A stretch of DNA of 60,484 bases, filler included, from Basidiobolus ranarum (taxonomy: Eukaryota): assembly GCA_040143965.1 (NCBI GenBank). It is 13 parts of 13 records of this genome, joined end to end, with 100 filler letters (N's around TTAATTAATTAA, not from the genome) between each part and the next. Parts side by side here need not be neighbours in the genome. Positions count along the whole stretch, not along the records: positions 14,019 to 18,585 come from JASJQH010001912.1; positions 18,686 to 23,250 come from JASJQH010001913.1; positions 23,351 to 27,914 come from JASJQH010001914.1; positions 28,015 to 32,576 come from JASJQH010001915.1; 9 more parts are not named here. One strand, given 5' to 3'. Below the pieces are notes generated by a model. It was not told the DNA's origin. It saw only the letters and a list, made by a program, of their open reading frames with translations, and did no database searches. Both the position numbers and the translations under genes were made by a program. This document shows positions 13,919 to 29,329 of this stretch, piece after piece. How positions within the stretch are numbered: position 1 is the first letter of the stretch; every line of letters begins with the position of its first letter.

Positions 13919-15425
13919 NNNNNNNNNNNNNNNNNNNNNNNNNNNNNNNNNNNNNNNNNNNNTTAATTAATTAANNNNNNNNNNNNNNNNNNNNNNNNNN
14001 NNNNNNNNNNNNNNNNNNATACCCCGTATTTCGAATATTAGCCCAATAGTCTATGGATCACCCGAGCTTTCTGTTGATTTCAGTTTTCCAGTAACAGGCA
14101 TACCCAACACTATCGCCCCAGCGCGGTGCGTAAATTTCGGATTCTATGTCGAAGACAAATGGTAAATTACCGGATTTACGATTTCGATCCTAAATATCAG
14201 TATTCGAAGGCTCCAGAACAAAGTATGAATCAACAACGAGAAAGCCGAGGTTAAGGTTTTTGCTAGCTATGGTTTCTGAGCATATGGCTTAGGAGAATAG
14301 GAAGTTCCGGATGTAAGCAGTGATGCGTGAGGGACAGTTTGAATACGTAACTCGTATATGATGACGAAGAATGCCATGTTTCATTTCCAGTGGTACAGTA
14401 GCCAATACACGCCTATGTCACAATAATAGCAATCAAATTGCTGCATTTGATGATCACGGATTGTCTAAAGAACCCAATAACCTATAGTTGCTCTGCATCT
14501 TCAATAAATAAAATATCATTACTGGCATAGGCCAGATTCGGCACTACAGCAAGTTCAGTTCTGGGTCTTCAGCTTGCTAAGCTACTTTCGAATGGTCTGG
14601 CCATGGTGAAGCAAACCTTCCTTGGCTCATGTTATCCTGCTAACAGATACCTGATTGCTTCGATGCACTACGTATCTTGAAGAGCTTCGATACCACCGAA
14701 GGAATATGCTTGCTTGACCAGAACAACGATCCAAAGAGTAGGTGACGCAAATGTTCGTCAAACTAGTTAGGCATTGCTGTCAAAACCACGGCCTAAGAGA
14801 ATCACCAGAGGAAACTCGGTAAATTCTGGTTTTCTATGATTGGGTGTGTCAGTCTGATGCTTTCCAGAGCGATGGGCCAATCTACATTCCCGTTGGATCT
14901 GATTCGAAATCCATAGATTACTCTTCTCCCTCAATATCCGAGATTTGAATCACGTTGAAGTATCTGATGGCATTTATTCAATATCTACCCTTTTGAATCC
15001 TTGAACCCGTTTGCTTCTCCAGAGAAATTCAATGGTTTTTTCATCCCAGTTGCTACTTTTCAACTATTGGCCTTCAGCTACTTAAGGTAAAACCTGGACT
15101 GGCCAAATGGCCTCTCATAGTACATGTAGAAATGAAATCGTCAGCTAGCGAAGGAGACAGGTCGGATTAAATCAGTAGATCACACTCATCACATCTGAAA
15201 CAAACTATATGCTCTAGTTTTGGATACAGCTCACATGAGCTCTTCGTCCAATCCGTCGGTTACCAGAACTGCTCATCATCTACCAGCAATGGTAAACTAT
15301 AAAAAAGCAATCACATTACTAGGCTATTTCTTTCTGCTCTCAATGGTTTTTTGTTCATGGAAATTGTAATTATTTTGGCATACAGTATTTATTAAATAGA
15401 GTTGATCATGAATTTCTATGTGCAA

Positions 15426-16508
<1,083 letters not shown>

Positions 16509-18099
16509 TTATTAGAAATCGCTGAATTGACACTTGACGACCAACTTCCATTCACCGGTATAAGCTTGAGGAGCACCCGTGTCCAACAGGTTCCATTATG
16601 GAAAGCACATAATTGGTTGGCAATGCTGATGGAGTAAATAAATGGTGCCATTTGGACTAAAAACATGACCAAGTTGCCAAATCCACATCAAACTTATCTT
16701 TCGGTATGGTAATATAGATACCATATATCGGCGTAGATGGACTAAAGAAGCCTTGATTTGTCTAGACAACAGATCAGATCCCCGTGAATCCCGAATGTGA
16801 TTTCCAGACATATCCGGATCATTCGACTACGGATTAGAACCTCGAAAACAAGTTTCAATCTCTTTTGGCTGATTAGAATCCACGTTCTTCATTGGATTAG
16901 ATTGCCATGATGATGACGAAGTATGTAAATCGCCCCCTCAATTTCGGCAGCAGAGATTATGTATGTTAGATTGCTAGCAGCGGCCCATTACGTGGGGAGG
17001 TAAACCTCTCCAGATTCAAATGGTAAGGGGAGCATTTTGATATGTGTATGCCCGTTTATGTACTCAATAGAAGAGCTGTTGCTTCGAAGAATATTGAATT
17101 TGATTGAATCAAATTGAATTTCCTAAAGAAGTCGCTCATAAATTGATCCGTATCTGATCCTCCATATTGCTGGCAATCCTTGAACCTCTTGTAGGCAGAA
17201 TTCAACGCAATGCATCTATTTCTAATAGCTATACATATTTACTCAAGGACCAGGGGAGGCAGAATACTGGTTTCTACTGTGTAAATCCCCAGTGCAGTCA
17301 TCAGTGCCAACATGTGGATAACTCGGAGCCACTCAAGTCACATATACACCTGATGTACGGAAATCAACGAGATCTAATGATTCCCAGCTGGTTGCCTTTT
17401 TAGGAGAGCTTTGAGATGTAATCGTTATCCAAGTCAGGTTGATATGAATGGTGATGGGGAATAGATTTCATAAATAAAACCTTAATCTGTAGGTAGTATT
17501 TCGGGTACCCTATGGGAGTCTTGGTATCTTCGAGACTACTATCGAGATGGTGCCTTCTGAATGATGAATGGCAAAATGATCATGATCTGCACCATGAAGA
17601 GTAAGCAATGCTTCAAAATGACGATAGCCATCGATATGGGAAGTGAAATTTTTGTAAAATATTGCATTCCTTACGTGGCATGTTAAATGTGATGATTGAA
17701 GTTCCAGATTGCTTAGTTATATTTATGTATTAACACTGTCATAAGGAAAACTATTGGACTGTCAAATGCTATAGATCGGAGATAGGTACTGTTAGTTCAC
17801 CCATATGATTTTATATTCATGGGTATGTGTAATGCATGAATGAGTCACCTTTACTATTACCTGCTGGAAGATTGTATCAATTTGAAGTATGTAAGCAAGC
17901 AATTACTTATGTATATACTTATTGATATATTATTACAATTAAAAGCAAGTGTGGCATCTAAAGCCAGCTTAGCATCTATTGAATGAGCCCATAACCATAG
18001 CAATTTGAGTTCATATGCCATCTGAGAACTATTAGGTTATAGATAATCTCATTGCTCTCATATTTAAGTTAACATTATGGGCCTGGATATCTAAATAAA

Positions 18100-18585
18100 T
18101 GTTAAAGTATTTGGGAGCCTATTGGAACTATAATAGAAATGGCAAGATCTATGATAAATGCACAAAATTTATCTCATAACTTTTGGGTGGAATCTGTTGC
18201 TACAGCTGTATATCTGAAGAATAGGAGCTTTACATAACTCTGTCTAACTCTACACCATACCAACCTTGGTTTGGAGCTAAACTTGATGTATAACATTTGA
18301 GAATCTTTGGATGTATTGCTTATGTCAAAATTATGACCAAAAATTGGTCTAAATTCAATCCAAAAAGTAAGAAATGCATATTTCTGGGTTATTGTACTCA
18401 AATTAAGGCCTACAGACTCTATGATACCAAAATTTCAAAGTTAATTAAGCTCAGGGATGTTTAATTCAATGATAAAGGAAAATTTTCACTCAATATGACC
18501 CCAGATGATCAAAATCAGTTTTCTCCAAATCCAATGATGCAAATTGATTCAAGCCCAAGTAATAATGAAAACAGCATACCTGAGG
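18100..18585 (+). mobile_element. Copia integrase C-terminal remnant preceded by ~28 nt of an inverted family-B LTR end
   Basis: IIEMARSMI...FWVESVATAVYLKNRS...IFGCIAYV..KCIFLGY; TGTTAAAGTATTTGGGAGCC matches LTR ends at 46175 and 54101. Confidence 0.8.
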
Positions 18586-18685
18586 NNNNNNNNNNNNNNN
18601 NNNNNNNNNNNNNNNNNNNNNNNNNNNNNTTAATTAATTAANNNNNNNNNNNNNNNNNNNNNNNNNNNNNNNNNNNNNNNNNNNN

Positions 18686-18915
18686 TTGCTGGCCAATAAT
18701 TTTAATCAACTTAAATCTTCCTCCTTCTGAATGGTAAAAGAGTCATAATATTTTGATACTATCCATCATATCTGGACCTAAATCACCAGTGCTTATCAAT
18801 ATCTTTTTTGAGCCTTTAATTGCGGAATTCAAATGGTTATCTAATTGGGCTCAGGTAGGTGAATACCGTTTTAATGCTAACATCATTGTACACATTGCTG
18901 ATACTCCTGCCATCA
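18686..18915 (+). mobile_element. CACTA/EnSpm (Transposase_21/Tnp2) fragment
   Basis: CWPIILINLNLPP..NILILSIISGPK...FEPLIAEF...ADTPAI; homologous to 30818-31050 and 39130-39360. Confidence 0.75.
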
Positions 18916-20603
18916 AATTGCACTTTGAATTGCAGGAGACACATACCAACAAAAACACACAAACCTTTTGAATCTTAATGTACCCAAATACCAGCATAGG
19001 TGAAGCTCACTGAATGGAAAAACAAACAAAAGCAAGAGTTGAGTGTAGTTCTTGAAAACAATGACATGTTTTGACAATAGCATAAATGTTCAATCAAAAT
19101 GCTGAAGGAACCATTGAGCTGCTAATATACAAGACCAAGAAGAAATCTGAACCTCTTTGGACAGGACTGTTGAAAGTTTCTGGAGAATGCCCATTTCAAA
19201 AATTGTGGCTAGAGGATAATGAAAGAAACACCAATATGACTTGATTGTTAGAGTAGACTTAAAGTTGCTAACTTAAACAGTTGCTCCAACACCCAAAAAT
19301 TGTTATGAAAAGAAAAAAGAATCAAATGGGCACCTGATTCTTAGTGAGAGATAATAATATGATTTGTTATTCATGGCTGATAATATCATATTCAAGTTAT
19401 AGACTAATCAGTATATCTATATGTTCACATTATCCCCAGAACAGTATTATCTGTATCACCACTCACAGGTTATGGCTTATCCATCAGTATTAGTCTTCAG
19501 ATGTTCCCATTGTTAGTAGTAGTAAGACACAAGAGGAACATATTTTATGAAAGTACATGTGCTTTTATCGCTTCTCTGCTGGTAGATCACATGATTGCAT
19601 TGACTGTGCTATCTTGGCATGTATCCGCTAATTGTTGTGCAATCTTACTATATCTTGGCCAAGAGCTGGGTCATCTCATGATGACATATCTTAAGAGGTG
19701 AGGCCTCAAATTAATCTTCATGATTTAGTGGAGCAGTACTGCTACCCATTGAACAGCCAACTTATTTCGACTCATTGCTCATAAGAGCACATATTGTTGG
19801 GATAGAGAGACCTAGTATGGGAAAGAGACATAATCACTGTGCTTTGTGCCTACTGAAGTATAATATTTGGTGGTAACTCAAACATGAAAAGAGGCCATAT
19901 GAGCAAGATGTTTCCATGCAAGTTCAAACATCAAGCAATCTGTATCCATTATAATCATTGAAAACAATAAAGGCTCTTTTGCTTTGACTCCAATTCCTGT
20001 TTTATAGTTTCAGACTATGCACATGAATATACAACATAACTTTGTGAGAGAAAAGCTTGGGATAAAATCAATTAGTGGATAAGTTAGTCATATTTTAGTT
20101 TTGTTGTTTATAATGACTTATCAGTAAGGGGAGCCCCTTATGAAGTTCTATTTACTATTTGACATTAATTGAATTGAGGTCTTTATTAATCATATATTCA
20201 GGTTTGATTAGATCAGGTGTCTTTGCAAGCAATGGGTAATTATATGAAGTTGCAGCCCTGGACTATTCATCACTTATTAAATTCTATTCATATTAGAATT
20301 CCATTTTCACATTGCTGTTTGTATATAATCTTTCATTCATCCTTAGCAATCATTAAACACATTGATCTTTACTTACATTATTCAGAAGTGAGCTTGTTGT
20401 TTATGGAATCAGTCTTCAAGGTATAGTATGATAGTGTTGCTTAATACTGAAAAGTTGACTTATTTCTGCTCCTAACTCATCTTTGGCCTACAACTATCTC
20501 TGCTTCATTAGCCATATTCTACTTACCAATATTGTGTAGTCTAGTATATCATATTCTCAGTATGATCCCCTATTTTTTGATATTCATCATTATTAGTCCT
20601 TAT

Positions 20604-23148
20604 TGATAAAAGTGTTCAGGGGATCTGGAAGTGTTTTAGACAAGATTTGGATTTGTAAGCTAGACACTTGGGTTTTATTGAATTGAATATGTCCTATTTA
20701 TAGTTTACTAGGAAACAGAACTATTGGACAGGCTCAGATCTTGACAAATTTGCCTGTTAAGCATGCGTGAAAATTTGAGATGATTTGGAGAGGTTTTGAG
20801 AGAATAGTGAAATTGGTAAAAATGATCTAGTTGAAATTTCAGTCAAATAGAGCAGTATACACATGTTTTGCAATGATAAAAATGAGTGCTAAATAATCAC
20901 AATATGAATAAGCTAAATTCTAAATAATGAGAAACTCTTGACCCAATTTTAAAATTCCCACTTAACTAATTATTTTGTATTTCTCTTAAGCCCAGCTTGT
21001 ATCTTAATAATTCAGATTGTGCTTTAGCTAAAGGTTTAGTTAGCAATCATTTCTTCAGTAGGGGAATAGACAAGTTCAGGTATTTCATTCTCTATCACTT
21101 CTCTGACAAAATGATGCCTAAATCTTTGTATTTTGTTCTAGCATGAAACTTAGGGTTTTTGGCTAATTAAAAACCACTTTGATTTTCTTCCAATACAATA
21201 ATATTGTGTTTTTGCATGTATCCTAAGTCAGTAAATATGTTTGTTCACTACATACCTTCCTGTGTAGCTGTAGAGTCTGCCATATACTCTTCTTAGGTAG
21301 TGTAAAATGCTACAATGGATGGCTTCTTAGTATTTCAAGTTATTGCTCCTTTACCATAAAGAAAAGTGTACCCAGTCATTGATCTTCTATCATCAAGGTT
21401 TATTCCCCAGTCTGTTTCCAATATTTCATCCATCAGGAGTGACAGAGTATTCCAGAACTAGATCTACAGTTCCACTCAAATACCTCAATGTTTATTTTGC
21501 TGTGGTTTTGTGCTTAGATCCTGGATTTTTGGGATATTGATTGACAGTGCCCACTACCACAGCAATGTCTAGACATGTTCCAACTGTTGTTTACATTAAA
21601 CTATGCACCACGGTTTGATCAGGGAACTCCTGGCTTTGATTTGAGTCATTTTGAGCCAAATCAGAGGCAAATTTGATTAATTGCACAGTAGAGTTTAGTG
21701 GTGTTTATAGATGCTTGCTATTCTCCATGTTGAGGCATTTTAGAATATTTAGGACATATCTAGACTTATTCAGCATGATTTTCTAATTTGGTTTATCTCT
21801 CTTAATTTGAATTCCTAGAAAATTACTTAACTCACCCATATCAGTCTTGCTTGAGTACTTATAGTGTTTTTTGCAGTTTACAGACCATATCAGCATATTT
21901 TTGGGTCAACAAATCCATCTGGTTGCCCAATATAGATCTCTTCTTCTAGATTTCCATCCAGCAAGGCTGTTTTTACATCTATTTGATGTAAATCAAGGTT
22001 ATACGTGGCTGAGAGTGCCACGATTGATATAATGGAGTTAAACTTAACTACTGGAGTAAAACTTTCATTAAAATCAACTCCTGGAGTCTGGGAATAAACT
22101 TCTGCAATTAAACTTGCTTTTTACACTTCTATGGCAACATCAGCTTGGTTTTTGACTTTGTTAGCCCATTTGCAACCTATTGACTTTCTGCATGATAATA
22201 GAGGACTTAAAACCTATGTCTCTTGGCGTGTATTGAAGAAAATTCATCAAACATTGCTTTTTCTCTTAATTGTGATTCTGGACACTCCAGAGCTTAATCT
22301 AGAGTCTGTGGGTCATCATGGAATATTGTATACACATATATATTGTCATTGGAAGTGTTCTAGCAGCTTCCTGGCTTATTTCTCCTTCTGCATGATCTTC
22401 TGGGTCATAGAGCATCTTCCAATATAATTGGGACTGAAATTCCTGTTGAATAGGGCTCAGATACAGCCACAATTTTAGCAGACACTTCTTGAATAGTGCT
22501 CATTGTGTTTTCTGGATCAAGAATGGCAATTTGAGGTAAAAAAGTTTCTTTTTCATCAAAAATCACATCTCTACACTTGATTATCTTCTGATGTTTGGTA
22601 TCAAACAGTCTGTAGGACTCAAATTCATTACAGTAATCAAGAAATATGTGTTTTCTGCTTTGAACTCCAATTTAAAGCATATTTGAGCTGGAATTTGGCA
22701 AAATTCTGCACAACTAATGATCCTGAGATGATCTACACTTGGTTATGATCCATATAGGGCTTCAACTGGAGTAGAGTTTGGTAGCAATCTTGTTTGGCCT
22801 CTGTTTTAAATATAGACTGCATCCTGTTTTGTTTCCAATAAAGGTCATAAAGTACCTTTTCCCACCTAGTGAGATAACTTTTATGGGTGCACACAGGTCA
22901 GAATGAATCAGGGCAAAAATCTCAGTCAATTTGATTTCTCCAGACCTTGAAAAAAGTTGTCTGTGATGTTTTCCATATATGCAACCTTTGCACAGATTCA
23001 ATTTAGTGATTTATTCAATTTCAGAGCCTGAAACAAGCTGATGTTGGAGCAATTGGGTCATTTTTTGCTCCCTAATGTGGCCAAATCTTTCATACCTTGT
23101 TTGACAGCTTGTTTCACCAGCTTTGACCAAGCTTGCATGGTCAGAATG
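20604..23148 (-). mobile_element. Degenerate Ty1/copia element (pre-integrase/integrase, RT, RNase H, 3' LTR at 20604-20954)
   Basis: LCKGCIYGKHHR..LIHSDLC.P; reverse-complement homology to 4675-6637, including PPT and LTR. Confidence 0.9.
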
Positions 23149-23250
23149 TGTTGAAATTAGGTAAATAGCAACTCATTATTTAGTAGTTAGTTTATTCATA
23201 TTCTGATTATTTAGTACTCAATTCTGTCATTCAAAAACGTGTGTTTATTG
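23149..23250 (+). repeat. 5' part of a family-A LTR inserted in opposite orientation into the copia element
   Basis: TGTTGAAATTAGGTAAATAGCAACTCATTATTTAG is highly similar to 6288 onward. Confidence 0.85.
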
Positions 23251-23427
23251 NNNNNNNNNNNNNNNNNNNNNNNNNNNNNNNNNNNNNNNNNNNNTTAATT
23301 AATTAANNNNNNNNNNNNNNNNNNNNNNNNNNNNNNNNNNNNNNNNNNNNGTGTGGCAATAACAATTGATGGTTTTTTTCATTCCATTTTGCGATGGCAA
23401 CAGATAGCGAGATTTACGTAAACCAGA

Positions 23428-23491
23428 TGAATGAGAGTTTAGTTTAATGTAAGCAATTGAATGAGAGTTTAGTTTAATGTAAGCAATTGAA
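23428..23491. repeat. Perfect 30-bp tandem duplication
   Basis: ATGAGAGTTTAGTTTAATGTAAGCAATTGA occurs twice in a row. Confidence 0.95.
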
Positions 23492-23967
23492 GGTTAAATT
23501 GATTTAGAATTGGTTTAATAAGATTAATATTATGATCATTGATGATAGTGTACTGTGTACAGAGTGAATATGCCCTGGTTAAAAAAAGAAGGTTGAAGAA
23601 ATATGGGTAAGCAACCAAAAAATTCCCCGTAAACTTGCCTCGGGGGTCGAATTTTTCACTTGCTACAACCTTCTATTTCACTAAGTTGGCTAGTATTCGT
23701 TTTCGCACACACTTTACTCGCCTCGTGTACTCGCATCCCTTTCATCTGTGATATTACTCGTTCGTTTTCCTTGTGTATTCTTGTACCCTTGTACTTATTT
23801 TGGTGTAAAGCTGTACAAATAACTCTGTCTATAGATCCTGCATCACTGTAGACTCTACCTGGCACGCAAAAAATACTATCGAAAAGTAGCTTGCTATTTG
23901 TAGAAACTTTTGAACTTGACCCAGATTTTCTAACTTGGATAAGTGAGAGACGAATAAAAGTGTGAAC

Positions 23968-26900
23968 ATGTCTCGCTTCAATCCTGATGATATGCCAGCT
24001 TCTAGCAAAGCTAACATCTTTCAACCAAAGGCAAAAAACCAACCTCAAGGACAGGTAATGACTGAATAAATTAGATTGAATTTGTTAATCTTCAACAACA
24101 CAAGTATTTAACCAATTTTAAACAGCTTGCTGCTTTGCTTCGTGGAAAATTCGATCTTGAGTACGATCCTTTCACTGGTCAAGCTAGTGATATTAATCGC
24201 TCTAGTAGCGCTCCACCCACTCAATTGCTTGATCGGTTAGGAAGATTCAACGTAAGTATTTCATCTAGTGAGTTTTCTTTAGAACAAAAACTGACTCTCA
24301 ATTTAGCCTAACCAGGAAGGCGAATATGCTTCTAGCAACTCTCGTTTAGATCCGGAGCAACAATCTCAGTACTACAACCAACCTCGTCCTGATGCTAGAT
24401 TACCTCCTGGTTACGGATCCAACAATCAATCCTGGCAAATGTGGGCAGGTGCTGGAATCGATACCTTGGGAAATAATTCTAACGGACCTTCATCTCAAAA
24501 AGAGAAAGAGTTGGAGCGCTTCAAGGGCTTTGGTAAGGTTCTTTTGTTTCTTTTATTTGCTCCTTTTATTGACTTTTTTATGATAGGTGGAGAAGACTTT
24601 TCTAACACTCATCACCTTGATCAGAGTTTGGAACCTGAGCAAGGTAGAGGTATGAGAATGAATGAAGCCAAAAATGACCCTTGGGGATCGAATGAAGTAC
24701 AACAAATCTATGGTGGTGGAAACAACATGGATGCTGCTTCTAGACGCAGAAACTTGGTCGATCTCATTCAAGATGTAATTCCTACCTTTACCTTTGGGAT
24801 ATTGCCTTCAATCTAATTCTTAACCTCCATTATATAGGATTTCCCTCGTACTCCTTCCCCCGTGATTGCTCTTCAGCAACGTCAGGCTGCCGGCTCATTT
24901 GATGGTGGTCGTGGTGGTGACGAAGGCGATCTTAACTCAGGCTTACTTCCAGATAACGATTACGATCGCCTCCGCCTTAGATCAGTTGTGAATGCTGCAT
25001 TAGATGGAATGGAGGATGAACGCTACGCTCCTCATTCTGGCGCTCCTCCTATGCGTGGTGCTAGAGGACCTATGCCTCAAAGAGCCAACTCTACCCCACC
25101 AACTCAACAATTCCAGCGTCCACCAAAATCCAATAATGATCTCAACGACGTTAATGGTAATTTGATGATGGACATGCGTGGTATGAGTCTCAACGACAAC
25201 GATTATGAGGCAATCCAACATGCTCGTCTTTTGCAACAAGCCAAACTTCAATCTCAAGGATATAATTCCTATATGAGTGATCTTGGTGCCACTTCTGGTT
25301 CCATGTACTCCGGTTATGGTGCTGAAGCATACGGTTGGGATCGAGAGGAGCGTTTGGCAGGTAACGATCTCTATAGCCGTGCTGAAGCTTTGGGTATTAG
25401 CCCACTAGAGTATCGACAGGCTCTTCAACAACTCCAACAGCAAGGACTTTCTGTGGCTCGTGCGGAACAAGTGCTTGCTACTGAGCTTGGTGCCATGAAA
25501 CGTAATCAACTTTATGGAACTGGTGGAAATGGAATCAACAGTAACACTTACCTGAATACTTCTACCGCTGGTGCCTCTAATTTTACCGGTCCAACCTTGC
25601 ACAGGTCTCATTCGTCTTACTCTCTAAACGAAAGGAAACTTCGCAACCAATTACTTTTGCAACAACAGCAACTCAACCAGCAACAGATGCTATTACGCGA
25701 GCAACTTCTTCGACAACATCATGGTCATGAACTCGCTAGTAACATTGCACCTTATGGGGCCCCCACTGGTCAAGGAAGACGTTCGATGACTCCCGACTTG
25801 AATATGTCATCTATTGGAGTTGACCCTAACCACGGTATGAGAAGCCCACTTTTGGAAGAGTTCCGTAATAACAAAAATAAGAAGTATGAGTTGCGAGATA
25901 TTGTTGGCAGTATGGTAGAGTTCAGCGGAGACCAACATGGTTCTCGCTTTATTCAACAAAAACTTGAGACTGCTAATAGTGAGGAGAAGCAACTTGTCTT
26001 CGACGAGATCCTTCCCAACGCTCTGCAACTTATGACTGATGTATTCGGAAATTACGTGATCCAAAAGTTCTTTGAGCATGGTAATCAAGTCCAAAAAACC
26101 ATCTTGGCCAAGCAAATGGAGACTCACGTTTTGTCATTATCTCTTCAAATGTATGGTTGTCGTGTGGTCCAAAAGGCTCTCGAACATGTCTTGACTGAGC
26201 AACAGGCAGTTTTGGTGAAGGAGTTGGATGGTAATGTCTTGAAATGTGTCAAAGACCAAAACGGTAATCATGTGATCCAAAAGGCCATTGAACGTGTGCC
26301 GGCTGAACACATTCAATTCATCATCAATGCTTTCCATGGCCAGGTTTACAATCTCGCCACCCATCCATATGGCTGTCGCGTTATCCAACGTATGTTTGAA
26401 CACTGCACTGATGATCAGACCAAGCCTCTGCTCGACGAACTCCATCGCTATACTCAAAATCTTGTCCAAGACCAGTACGGTAACTATGTTATTCAGCACG
26501 TACTCGAACGAGGTAAACCAGCCGATAGATCTCTAGTCGTCAACAAAGTTCGTGGACAAGTTCTACAAATGAGCAAGCACAAGTTTGCTAGTAACGTCGT
26601 CGAGAAATGTATTGCTCATGGCAGTAAGCGGGACAGACAAACACTCATCGATGAGGTGATCCAGACCAAACCTGACGGTACCTCTGCCTTGATTATCATG
26701 ATGAAGGATCAATATGCCAACTATGTTGTACAGAAGATGCTTGATGTGGTTGATGGTGACCAGAGAGAGATTCTCATCGCTAAGATCAAGCCTCATTTGC
26801 AGTCACTCAAGAAGTATACATACGGCAAGCATTTAATTTCAAGTAAGCCAACTCCAATATTCTTTTATACTGCAGTATACTAACCTTAGCCTTCATTGAA

Positions 26901-27058
26901 TAGCCATTACAGAGGTAGAGAAGCTCGCAGCTGTTACTTCCGGAGATGCTAGCCCTCGTTCTAATGAGGAACAAAATCTTGAAGAGAGTTCTGCTCAACA
27001 TAGACAGGGAGAGCACCAGCCTGAACACTCTCAAGAGGAACAAAATCGATTCCAATGA
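23968..27058 (+). CDS. Pumilio/PUF RNA-binding protein; join(23968..24054,24126..24251,24307..24532,24587..24774,24838..26842,26913..27058), about 925 aa
   Basis: Eight PUF repeats (GSRFIQ, GNYVIQ, GCRVVQ, GNHVIQ, GCRVIQ, GNYVIQ, ASNVVE, ANYVVQ) and a YGKHLISKVEK end. Five GT-AG introns give an uninterrupted frame. Confidence 0.92.
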
Positions 27059-28542
27059 TTTTAGTCAGTAGCTGGAATCATGCATCATAGATAAATGCTT
27101 TGTTTTTCTTTGGTCGTGCGTGTGTTTTTAATGACCACTTCCTCGTACATAATTTCAAAATCAGACTCTTTCAATGTAGCCATTTCATCTTCCACTCTCT
27201 ATCCCCCTCTCCATTCTTTTTGAACGTAGGCTTCTAGGGCTCAAATTTAATCTTTATACTCGATATTTTATTTCATCCTTATTATATTCCTTTTCAATGC
27301 TTTATCCTATGCGAAAAGCCTGAATTCCATATTTTCCCTAAAATTCTTGTATGTAAAAGTCCCAAATAAAATGGCATTTCAAATTATATCTTCGTCTTAG
27401 ATGCGACTTAGCTTGGTTTGCATGCATGGCTTTGGCTAGATACATTTTAGGGAATGTACAAGATCAGTCCCATTCTACCAAAAGCATTGACGTTCGTTCG
27501 AATCCGAGCGAAGACATCTCTTTTTGATGATTTATAAACCCAAGAACGTTAACATTGATCTTGGAGTGGTGTGACCTAATGTGGCTTATATTCCTGGCTT
27601 TTAGTCAGTTCCATTTAAACAAGTGTGTGCCGCATTCTATATCTAACTTAGTATCCTGAGCTAGAATATAAAAGACTCGCCTACATAAGAGTTGATAAAA
27701 CATGTAGTGTCAGTAATACAACAAAATTTCTTCAATTTTCGTGGAAGCTATGATTAATTATTTGATTTTTTTATATATATAAGAAGCCCCAAAGGGCTCG
27801 GCGTCACCTAGAGGTAGTGCAATACTAGGGACACCTGTGGGCAGACAAGTGTGCAAGCAGGGACTTGTCACCCGTTGTTCAAAAATAAGTTTAATATCGA
27901 ACTGGACTATGTCCNNNNNNNNNNNNNNNNNNNNNNNNNNNNNNNNNNNNNNNNNNNNTTAATTAATTAANNNNNNNNNNNNNNNNNNNNNNNNNNNNNN
28001 NNNNNNNNNNNNNNCCCCTATTGAAAAAGCTTCTAGCCTTAGCACCATCCAAACTACACCATATTCTTTATCCTTTCCTTAACTAGATATTCTACCCTGT
28101 ATCATAGTAAGATAATAAAGATTCCGATTGCAACACAACTAGGCTTGACTATTGAAGATTGCAGTACAGATTCTTTCATAGTTATCTTCACTTTTGCAGT
28201 CATAGAATATATCCAACTCTTAATCAAAGTCTTTGCCAATCTCAAAAGAACTATATCTTTTTCTTCAGACTTCAAGTTAGAGAAACCACCAGAGTTTTAT
28301 CTACCCTTGTAGTATTGAGGATTTTTGATAGTTCTATTATCAGAAATAATTTTTTCTCATCAAGTCTTCAAGCTATTGACAAACTGAAGTGTGTCTTTAC
28401 CCTTTAAAGATAGAGTGAAGAATATATCTCCTATTGATATTTTTAAGCTTCCAGTATAAAAAATTCAGCTTTGCTGGAGATTTGTAATGGGATTAAGCTT
28501 TATTACTGAAAATTTAAGTTAACACCCCTATCTCACACTACA

Positions 28543-29043
28543 ATGTATTCTTATGAGAATAAGGATCTGATTGGGTTTAGTGATGCAGATTGGGGATGTG
28601 ATATTGAGGACAGAAGATCTATTACTGGATATATCTTTCTTTCTAGTGAAGTAGCCATATCTTGTAATAGCAAGAAACAACCCACTCAAGCTCTTTCAAC
28701 ATCTGAAGCAGAGTACATGGCAGCATCACATACAACGAAAGAGGCTATGTAGTTGAGGAAACTGCACAAAGACTTGGGCATTTTTCAAAGTTCACCCAGC
28801 GTAACTTTCAGGGATATTCAAAGTTGTATTTCTTTAGATAAAAATCTTAAATTTCATGCTAGAAGTAAGCACATTGATATTCAACATCACTTTGTTAGGG
28901 AAGCTAATGAGATTGGCATTCAACATCACTTTGTTAGGGAAGCTATTGAGAATAGGCACGTGCAATTAGAGTACTGTCCAACTAGGGTCATGATTTCAAA
29001 AATTTGTACCAAACCATTACCAAGCCAAAATTTGAAGAATTAA
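28543..29043 (+). mobile_element. Copia RNase H remnant
   Basis: GFSDADWG.DIEDRRSITGY, ALSTSEAEYMA, FHARSKHIDIQHHFVREA (last motif locally duplicated). Confidence 0.88.
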
Positions 29044-29329
29044 GATTAAGCACTCAGCAGAATGTATGAAAGTACCTAGGGATTTCAATGGTGGCAAAGT
29101 ACCATTCAAGTGGTAAATGTGTAATATTTGGGTGAAGTTTTTTGCATCTGTATTGCTCCATAGTTTTCTGAGATTGCAGCCATTCATGTGTAACTGTTTT
29201 GCAAGAGATTGAATTCTCACTCCTGAAACTGAAAAAATTGTTTAAAATTCAATCTAACTTGATAGTTTGGTGATCATAGGTAAATGGTCAATCCAAAACG
29301 GATTAAGACTGTGGTGGTTTTCTTTCACT

